DNA of 44,897 nucleotides, from positions 14,008,974 to 14,053,870 of the forward strand of contig NC_057749.1 of NCBI RefSeq assembly GCF_004010195.1, given 5' to 3'. The stretch's first letter is position 1. Every line of letters starts with the position of its first letter. The notes under the pieces were generated by a model. The model was given only the letters and a program-made list of their open reading frames with translations. It did no database searches and had not been told where the DNA came from. Origin of the DNA: Chiloscyllium plagiosum. Taxonomy: Eukaryota. Below, piece after piece: positions 24,281 through 33,625 of the stretch. A program made the translations under genes and the position numbers.

Positions 24281-24609
24281 TTGGTTCACAACATAGCAAC
24301 CCAGACCAAACCTTGTCTGAATAAGAAATAATTTGTTCAGCAAACTGCAGAAATCCCACTTATTATAGATGCACAGTTTCATCTGCTGGGCTGGGGAGCC
24401 AGAAAATTGCTGACCAAACTAGGATTAAACTCTTATTAATCTGAGCCTGCAATTACTTAATAGCAATTAGATTTTAAGACTTTTTAAAGACTGAGTACTT
24501 CAATGAATGCTGTCACACTCCTGGCTTTATGAAGCAACATGTTGTGATGAATAGTGAGAACTCTGTTCATTTGGCGATGAAATGGAAGTTTCAACACTAA
24601 TAACAAATG

Positions 24610-24900
24610 ACACAGTGGCTCAGTGGTTAGTACTGCTGCCTCGCAACGCCAGGGACCTGGGTTCGATTCCTGCCTTAGACGACTGCCTGTGTGGAGTTTG
24701 CACATTTTTCCCTGTGGGTTTCCTCCGGGTGCTCCAGTTTCCTCCCATAAGATGTGCAGGTCAGGTGAATTGGTCATGCTAAATTGCCCATAGTGTTAGG
24801 TGCATTAGTCAGGGGTAAATACAGGGTTACTCTTCAGAGGGTCTGTGTGGACTTGTTGGGCCAAATGGCCTGTTTCCATACTGTAGGGAACCTAATCTAA
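24610..24900 (+). mobile_element. HE1-type V-SINE
   Basis: A and B boxes, V-domain and tail ending ctaatctaa. Confidence 0.9.
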
Positions 24901-25879
24901 ACATTTCCAATAGAAAACTTTATTGTTTTATCTGCACATGTTCAGATCATCAGAACTTGTACTGAAACCAGTTTTTGGTTCTTGCCCCTCTTGACGACAA
25001 CTTGAGTTTAATTTGCAATGCGCTGTTGTTCAACACATTGCAAAGGAGTCAATTTTTAGCAGTAGAACATTTCTTGAATAGGGTATGTGTTCATTTCCTG
25101 TCCTCACTGCTCTAAATACGACCGATAAAGGCAGTTTGTGGTTATAGCTGCAGCTCTTTAGGAAGTGACAGCATTGCCGAGAATGAGCAGGTCTGCATCA
25201 AATTTTTCCATGTGTATGTATAAATTGAATTCTGGCAATCTGGGGTTCAGTTCTCGTTCTCCACCATCTATTCTGGCTCCTGATGGCTTTACTCTGACTT
25301 CCTTTCCTTTCTTGTGTTTGTCCGTTCGTTGCCGAACGGGGGGTTTATGTTGCTAAACCAAGGGGATTAAGTTGAAGGGTATTGAGCCAACACTGTGGTT
25401 GAGGCCACACTTTGAACATTCAGTTCCGGTCATGATACATCGACGTATGCTTATTCAACGCGTGACTCCAATGTCTGCAACACCTTCGAAGCCATTCTGC
25501 TCTGTTGTGTTTCAATGCTGCAAAAATATAAATTACCAGAATCTCAGTGGCATGTAGCAATATCAATCTTCAACTAGCTGCCAGGAACTATGAGGAAAAT
25601 CTGATGATTGAAGGCACACCCCTCCTCTATCCCTATCTTCTCGTGGTGCTGCCAGGAGATTAGCACCACCTGATGAAATGAATATTTTCAAAACATTCCA
25701 TCATTTCAGTCACCCTTTTTGAAGTGCTTTGCCAATCATTTTGCACACAGCAAGATTTCACACACTCCAAACAATCTAGGGTTGTCTGTGGGAAGGATTT
25801 CCTCCAGAACACTGGGAGGACTCTGGCTCAATGAGAGATTTCATTCCGCAGTGTGGCATTCATTTGGTTCTGTATTGGT

Positions 25880-26250
25880 GTATTAGTCAATAAGACCATT
25901 AGATCTAGGAACAGGAGTAGGCCATTCGGTCCCTCTAACTTGCTCCTCCATTCCATGGGATCATGGCTGATCCAACATTCCTCATGTCCATTTTCCTGCA
26001 CTCTACCCATAACTCTTGATTCCCTAATTGATCAAGAATCTCTCTGTCTCAGCCTTAAATACACACAAGGACTCTGCCCCCCAGCTCTCTCTAGCAGAGC
26101 TCCAAGTACTGGTAATCCTCAGAAGAAAGTCCTCTTTGGCTCAGTCTTAAATTGATGCCTCTTTATTCTGAGACCTTGTGCCATCTGGTCCTTGACTCTT
26201 CCATTAGGGAGAGGCCCTTTTTCAATATTTACCCTGTCCAAGCCCCTTTC
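25880..26250 (-). mobile_element. CR1 LINE 3' end
   Basis: aggaacaggagtaggccattcggtcc...gatcatggctgatc...tcagtcttaaatt, a reverse-complement CR1 tail. Confidence 0.75.
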
Positions 26251-27060
26251 AAAATGTATTGGTAGTGTAAAAGTGTTGATCTTAATATGTAACTGAGATA
26301 GTTTGCATCATCGATGATCACTATTACCAGAGCAACTGGGCCATGGTGCTATCTGGTCACCCTTTTTATAAAGCCCCGTCCTCAGGATACTTTGCAAATG
26401 ATGTTTACTGACCAACACCAGAGGGGCAGGCTATCAACGCCAATCCCAGATTTTTAGACCGTGGATTTGAATCGGCTCAGGCTTGGAGGGCCGAAGGGCC
26501 TGTTCCTGGGCTGTAAATTTTCCTTGTTCTTTTATCTATGGTAATGACAGACAGACCTTGTCCCTGTAGAACAAAAGATAAAGATCAGGTTTATAAAAGT
26601 TGTTGCATTACTTCCACTCATCGTTATGTGGCAGATGCACTAATTTTCAAAATTGAAATTTCCTTCTGATGAGCCTGTGTGTAGTAATGGATAGCTCACA
26701 CTTGACAGGCCAGCGTAAGATCCAGTGAATTATTTTTAGGCAGCCCTTGAGCCACCTCAAGCACACATTAAATACCTTGTATAATCTGGTCACGAGACAC
26801 AGCCTATTTTAAGATCTTCTAGGAGAATGTGAGGACTGCAGATGCTGGAGATCAGAGCTGAAAATGTGTTGCTGGAAAAGTGCAGCAGGTCAGGCAGCAT
26901 CCAAGGAGCAGGAGTATCGACGTTTTGGGCATGAGCCCTTCTTCAGGAATGACGTTTTAAAAGGAAGGTGTGCCAAGCAGGCTAAGATAAAAGGTAGGGA
27001 GGAGGGACTTGGGGGAGGGGTGTTGGAAATGCACTAGGTGGAAGGAGGTAAAGGTGAGGG

Positions 27061-27763
27061 TAAAGTGGTTGATGTGGTGCATATGGATTTCAGTAAGATG
27101 TTTGTTAAGCTTCCCCACAGTCGGCTATTGCACAAAATACTTAGGCATGGGATTGACGGTGATTTAATGATTTGGACCAGAAATTGGCTAGCTGAAAGAA
27201 GGCAGAGGGTAGTGGCTGATGGGAAATGTTCATCCCGGATATCAGTTACTAATGGTGTACCACAAGGAACTGTTATGGGGCCACTGCTCTTTGTCATTTT
27301 CTTCAATGACCTGGATGAAGGTGGAGAAGGACGTGTTAGTAACTTTGTGGATGACACTAAGATCATTAGAGTTAAGGATGTTGTAAGTTACAGAGGGACA
27401 TAGATAAGCTGCAGAGCAGGGCCGAGAGGTGGCAAATGGACTTTAAAGCGGAAAAGTGTGAGGTGATTCACTTTGGAAGGAGCAAAAGGAATAAAGGGTA
27501 TTGGGCTAATGGTAAGATTCTTGGTAATGAAGATGAGCAGAGAGATTTCGGCGTCCATGTGCATAGATCTTTGAAAGTTAATAGGGTTGTTAAGAAGACA
27601 TATGGTGTATTAGCTTTTATTGGTAGCGGGATTGAGTGTCGCAGCCATGAGGTCATGCTGCAGCTGTACAAAACTCTGGTGTGGCTACACTTGGAGTATT
27701 GTGTACCATTTTGGTCACCACATTATAGGAATGATGTGGAAGCTTTGGAAAGGGCTCAGAGGG
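27061..27763 (+). mobile_element. CR1 LINE reverse-transcriptase fragment
   Basis: VDVVHMDFSKMF, VTNGVPQGTVMGPLLFVIFFNDLD, FVDDTKI, HLEYCVPFWSP. Confidence 0.93.
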
Positions 27764-27989
27764 NNNNNNNNNNNNNNNNNNNNNNNNNNNNNNNNNNNNN
27801 NNNNNNNNNNNNNNNNNNNNNNNNNNNNNNNNNNNNNNNNNNNNNNNNNNNNNNNNNNNNNNNNNNNNNNNNNNNNNNNNNNNNNNNNNNNNNNNNNNNN
27901 NNNNNNNNNNNNNNNNNNNNNNNNNNNNNNNNNNNNNNNNNNNNNNNNNNNNNNNNNNNNNNNNNNNNNNNNNNNNNNNNNNNNNNNNN
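27764..27989. other. Assembly gap (226 N)
   Basis: Run of N. Confidence 1.
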
Positions 27990-28708
27990 GGTGGAAGGTG
28001 TTGGTAAAGTGGATGAACTGTTCAACCACCTCGTGGGAGCACGAGGCAGCGCCGATACAGTCATCGATGTAGTGGAGGAAAAGGTGGGGGGTGGTGCCAG
28101 TGTAGCTGCAGAAGATGGACTGTTCCACATATCCTACGAAGAGGCAGGCATAGCTGTGGCTGTTTTAAGATCGCTCTGTTAAATTGGGTTGCCCAATACT
28201 TAGTCCATTCCCGTTTGCTTTACCACATGCAGCGCAACAACTGACCATCAGCAATTAAGCCTGATTTGGAACAGGCTGAAGGCCTGCTGATATTTTGACA
28301 TGACTTCTGTGATGCTTGAATAACCACACTTTGAAACTAAAGAAATGTAATTTTGCAGGCTGCTTGGGAGGAAGAGGAACTGAGTCAGACTCCTCTAGAT
28401 TGGTCTTTACTGATTCTGTTCCACATTACATGCTTTGCAAGTGCAGCTAAGCAGTATTCCCTGCTAAAATATTTATGCATAACACTGTCAAATCCTAGCT
28501 CTAATATATAGCAATTGCAACCATCCTCAAACCCCACATCTCCTCCACTTGCCTTAAGACCATGGCCAGTAAAGCAACCAACTCAACAATTGGCCTACTC
28601 ATTCATAGGACTTGGACATCACAAGCAAAGCCAGTGCTACTTCCCATTGAAACAGTGGTGGTGAGCTGCCACCTTGAGCTGTTGCAATCTGGTTGGCCTA
28701 AAATTAAA

Positions 28709-29030
28709 GGAGGCAATGGCATAGTGGTATTATCACTGGACTGTTAATCCAGAGCTCCAAGTAATGTTCTGGGGTTCAAATCCAGCCATGGCAGATGGTG
28801 GAATTTGAATTTAATAAAAATCTGGAATTAAGAGTCCAAGGATGACCATGAATCCATTCTCCAGGGGAAAAACCCATCTGGTTCACTAATGCCCTTAAGG
28901 GAATGAAACTGCTGTCCTTACCTGGTCTGGCCTACATATGACTCCAGACCCACCTCCATTTGGTTGACTCTCAATTAAGGGTGGGCAATCAAGCAAAACC
29001 TAACTCATCCCGTAAATAGGTGAAAAAGAA
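28709..29030 (+). mobile_element. tRNA-headed SINE with CR1-like tail
   Basis: ggcatagtggta (A box), ggttcaaatcc (B box) and tail ccttacctggtctggcctacatatgactccagacccac. Confidence 0.75.
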
Positions 29031-29469
29031 TTTATTAAACTGGAGATCAGGGTGTTCCTCTGCTCCTGCTGCCCTTGCTCCTTTTGCAGGTTTGGGAGCT
29101 GCCTCTAGAAATACAACAGCTCATTCAGATGATCGAAATATGACCCAAAGCCCAATTTCTGGCTAGCCTCCAGGACATGCCATGTACACGCACCTGTTGT
29201 TTGTTATAAGTAACTATATGCCCTGTAGTTGCCAACAAAGGTTAGCAGGAGCTTTCTCAGTTTATACCAGTCCTTGTGAGGCAGATTGTTTTAGATTTAG
29301 TTGCTGCAATTCTCTCCTTCCTGCTAAAATGACAGAATAGGAAGGGTTTAGAGGGAATATGGGACTAGATTAGGTTGGATATCTGGACTAGTTGGACTGA
29401 AAGGTCTGTTTCCATGCTGTACATCTCTGATTCTAAGTCTTTCCTACATTGTTGACGTAAATGTGTCAG

Positions 29470-30170
29470 AAACGGTGCAGACCAGATTTACCAGACTAAT
29501 ACCTGGCATGGCCTAGTTGCCTTATTAGGAAAGGCTGTGCAGGCTAGACTTGAATCTGACTAGATGAGAAGAGTAAGATCCTGTTTCCTTTTCTAACAGA
29601 ACCCAGAACAAAAGATCGCTGGTTCAAAATCAGGGGCTGTCCATTTAAAACAGAAGTGAGGATAATTTTTGAGTTGTGAGCCTTTGGAACTTGCTTCCAG
29701 AAAAGGTGGTGGTAGCAGAGGTTTTGAATATTTTTCAGGCAGAGGTGGCTAGAGTTTTAGTGATCAAAGGGGTGAAAGGTGATATGGGATAGGCAGGAAT
29801 GTGGATCAGTCAGATCAGCCACAATCTTATTGAACGGCAGAGTAAGCGTGAGGGGCCGAATGGCCTACTTCTCTTTGTATATTGGTAAGACTTAATGTCA
29901 GAACTAGGGGCAGGAGTAGGCCATCTGACCCCTCCAGCCTGCTCTGCCATTCAATAAGATGATTGGTCTTTTCGTGGCCTCTCTCCACTCGCCCGTCCGC
30001 TCACCATAACCCTTAATTCCTTCACTGTTCAAAAATCAATCTTTTGCCTTAAAAATATTTCAATAAGGTAGCTTTAACTGCTTCACTGGGTAGGGAATTC
30101 CAAAGATTCCAAGTACTCAGTCCGAAAGCTGCTCCCCCTTATTTTGAGGCTATACTCCCGAGTTCAAGTC
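29470..30170. mobile_element. Two CR1 3' fragments tail to tail (29470-29880 +, 29888-30170 -)
   Basis: ggggccgaatggcctacttct tail followed by an inverted ggagtaggccatctgacccc tail. Confidence 0.7.
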
Positions 30171-31115
30171 AAGGAGCAGACAACAAGATTGTTTCTGGAA
30201 GCGTTATGCATACAAAGCCCAGATGCAGGTACCTACAACGTTCTGGACTCCAGTTGGCTATTTGTAGAAAGCTGAAATGTCTGTGGGCAGCTGTAAGTGC
30301 GAACACTGTTCATCTGCACAGCACAAAATCCAGGACATTTCTCTCAAAGAAAGCTTTAACCGGTCAATTGATGAATTTGAGAAAGGGAAGTGGACTGAAC
30401 GTGGATGCAGTAGAATACGCCATGTAAAAAAGAATGCAAATGAGGAAGGCTTAGAGAAACTCTCTCGAATCTATAAATTGAAGGGGAAATGGGGCTTTTG
30501 GACAAATGTAGAAGCTCTGTTCCAAGATGATTCCTTGTCTGAATTTGCAAATCTGAAACTGAATACAAAAAGGCTGAGTATTGCAGGAAGTAAAACAGTC
30601 CCAATTCAAAATGAAATCTAAATGACCACTTGCTGATTCATTTCTTCTAAAAGATGTCTTATTGTTCATAGCCATTGGAAGATCACTGCCCTAGCAGAGT
30701 GTACTCTCTGCTTGTCCTTTTTATTATTAGGGAGTTCAGCTATCACTGAGGTGTTTATTTCCCTCTCCCAGCTACCTCATAAAGATGCTGATTTGATTTA
30801 TTACTGTAACGTGTACAGAGATACAGTGAAAAGTGTTGTTTTGTGTGCTATTCAGCTAAGTCAGATCTGACCTGCCATGCCTTGCATCAGGGAAATAGAG
30901 CAGAATGCAGAATATAGTATTACAGCTACAGAGAAGGTGCAGAGAAAGATCAACTCTGACATATGATAGGTCAGTTCAAAAGCCTGAAAACCGTGGGGAA
31001 GAAGCTGTTCTTGAATCTGTTCATGATTTGGAGATGCTGGTGTTGGACTGGGCTGTACAAAGTTTAAAAAATCACACAACACCAGGTTATAGTCCAGCAG
31101 GTTTAATTGGAAGCA

Positions 31116-31150
31116 CACTAGCTTTCGGAGCAACGCTCCTTCATCAGGTG
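31116..31150 (-). ncRNA. Minimal hammerhead ribozyme motif (Penelope type)
   Basis: cac-CUGAUGA-a-GGAGC(guu)GCUCC-GAAA-GCUA-gug on the minus strand. Confidence 0.7.
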
Positions 31151-31164
31151 GTAGCCTGGACTAT

Positions 31165-31199
31165 CATCTGATGAAGGAGGGTCACTCCGAAAGCTAGTG
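31165..31199 (+). ncRNA. Minimal hammerhead ribozyme motif (Penelope type)
   Basis: cat-CUGAUGA-a-GGAG(ggtca)CUCC-GAAA-GCUA-gug: conserved core, helix II, AGCU palindrome in place of helix III, short helix I. Confidence 0.65.
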
Positions 31200-32957
31200 T
31201 GCTTCCAATTAAACCTGTTGGACTATAACCTGGTGTTGTGTGATTTTTAGCCTTTAATCTGTTGGTATGGATTTTCAAATTTTTGTATATTTAGCCTGAT
31301 GGAAGATGTAAAACCAGGTGGGAGGGATCTTTTGATGTTGGCTGCTTTCCCAAGGCAGTGGGTAGTATAAATGGATTCAATGAATGGGAGGCTGGTTTAT
31401 GTGATGGACTGGGCTGTGTTCGCAACTCTAGTTTCATGTGGTCCTGCACATATCAGTTGCCGTACCTAGCTGTGAGCCATTCTGGTAGGATGCTTTCTGT
31501 GGTGCATCTATAGAAAATTAGTAGGCGAGGTTGTGGACATGCTGAGTTTCCTCACCCTCTTGAGGAAGTAGAGGTGTTGGTGTGCTTTAGACAGTTATTT
31601 CAATGTGAATGGACAAGGACAGACCAACATCATGAATGCTGCAACCTGTGAGGTCCATGCTGTCACCATTTTTGATCCAATTGAGTGGCCGTTGCCAAAG
31701 GCAGTTCAGTGTGAACAACTTTACTATGGGTTTGGACTCTCATATAGGCCCAGCAGATTTCCTTCCCTTGATGGAAGATTTTTGTCTGTCTGATAGTTTC
31801 GTTGTCACCATTGCTGATGCAGGATCTTTCTCATTTAATTTCCAGATTTATTTAAGTAACTGTACTGAAATTCCCCAGCTGTCATGGTTGGATTTGAACA
31901 CTGGCTTACTGGACCAGTCATGAAACTATTCTAGGCTACATTTGTTTGAACTGCTGACACAGGCTATAATGCAACCACAAAGCTTTGGGCATTTATTGCT
32001 GTGTGTTGGAGGCTATCAGAGCGCTGCACGTAAATTGGAATAGGTTGGCCATGTTAGAAGTGCAGATCTTTAAGCGTCAACCAGAACAGTTCTGGAGTTA
32101 ACTGAGAGCAGGCCATGCTCTTTCGAGGATTTTCCCATCTACAAGTCTAGGGGCCTCTTGTGGTCGTCATGTCCCTATTTCTAGACCAGGAGACTTTGGT
32201 TTGAGTTCCACCTGCTCCCGAAGTCTGTGATAATATCTCTGAACAGTTTGGTTCGAGGGTTAAAATAATCAACAGGCCCAGGCAGCAGGGCGTGGGGTTT
32301 GGTGCAGATCATAGTGCTGGCCTTCCTGCATCTCTTTAATTCAGAGTGCCCTTAGAGGCAACACACCAGCATCAATACCTTTGCCTTCAGAAAGAGGTGT
32401 GTAACATGAGGGCTGGAATGCATTCATCTCCTTTCCAACTCTATTTTGATTTAGTGCCCCTCTTTTGTCCTACCCTTCCATTTTTCTTTGTTATTCCTGC
32501 ACAGTTGCTGTTGAGTAGTGCACTATCTGCTGCTTGCTAGTTGTTTGGCTGATTTAGTGTTGGAAGGGGTAAAAGAGCTAAGATTTACTGTCCAAAGCTG
32601 TTGAGACCGGTGCCCCTCCCCCACCCACCAAGGGGATGGAGTGCATTATTATCTCCACTCTCACCCCATTTTCCCCCAATAGTATTTTGGTTTTGTTTCC
32701 ATTGTTTCCCCATCTCTTTGGTTTATTTTAATTATTGTGACACTGGTGGGAGGTGTGGTTAAATGGTTATTTAACTGGGTGATTAGATGGTGGGTTATTC
32801 AAAATAAAACCAGGAGCTGGGATTTGGGTTTGGGGGAGGTGTGGCGTCATGGTAATGTCACTGGACGAGTAATGCAGAGGTCTCCGGCTAAAGCACCTTA
32901 CACAGGATGTTACATCCTACTGTGGAAGCTGGTTGGGACTCTGTCGCAGTGTCCCTA

Positions 32958-33625
32958 GTCGCAGGTAGATAGGATAGTGAAGAAGGCGTTTGGTATGCTT
33001 TCTTTTATTGGTCAGAGTATTGAGTACAGGAGTTGGGAGGTCATGTTGCGGCTGTACAGGACATTGGTTAGGCCACTGTTGGAATATTGCGCGCAATTCT
33101 GGTCTCCTTCCTATCAGAAAGATGTTGGGAAACTTGAAAGGGTTCAGAAAAGATTTACAAGGCTATTGCGAGGATTGGATGATTTGAGCTACAGGGAGAG
33201 GCTGGACCGCCTGGGACAGTTTTCCCTGGAGCGTCGGAGGCTGAGGGGTGACCTGTATAATGGTTTACAAAATTGAGGGGCATTGATAGGGTAAATAGAC
33301 GACAGAGTCTTTTCCTTGGGGTTGGGGAGTCCAGAACTAGAGGGCATGGGTTTAGGGTGAGAGGGGGAAGATATAAAAGAGATTGAAGGGGCATCGTTTT
33401 CACACAGAGGGTGGTACAGGTATGGAATGAGCTGCCAGAGGATGTGGTGGAGGCTGGTACAATTGCAACATTTAAAAGGCATCTGGATGGGTATATGAAT
33501 AGGAAGGGTTTGGAGGGATATGGGCCGGGTGCTGGCAGGTGGAACTAGATTGGGTTGGGATATCTGGTCTGCATGGACAGGTTGGATCATAGGGTTTGTG
33601 TCCATGCTGTACATCTCTGACTCTC
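32958..33625 (+). mobile_element. CR1/HER1 LINE 3' fragment, young
   Basis: KKAFGMLSFIGQSIEYRSWEVMLRLYRTLVRPLLEYCAQFWSP...SLERRRLRGDL; highly similar to 11755-12405. Confidence 0.95.

Larger units (their letters stand above)
26817..28162 (-). mobile_element. Penelope-like retroelement (pLTR at left, RT at right) spanning a nested CR1 and the gap
   Basis: 10-bp TSD ttttaagatc (26807-26816 and 28163-28172); RT motif PHLFLHYIDDCIGAASCSHEVVEQFIHFTNTFH at 27990-28128(-); the pLTR matches 44641-44830. Confidence 0.82.
31022..31255. mobile_element. Miniature fold-back Penelope-type element with two intact minimal hammerhead cores
   Basis: Inverted arms about 31067-31154 and 31161-31248; 8-bp TSD aatctgtt (31014-31021 and 31256-31263). 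Confidence 0.88.
30792..31700 (-). mobile_element. Rex1/Babar-clade LINE 3' fragment
   Basis: Minus strand encodes KAHQHLYFLKRVRKLSMS...FYRCTTESILPE, typical of the Rex1 RT C-terminus; interrupted at 31022-31255. Confidence 0.75.

Noticed and set aside
27436..28182. Long ORFs crossing the N run
   Set aside because: Artefacts of translating through the gap, joining CR1 and Penelope pieces.
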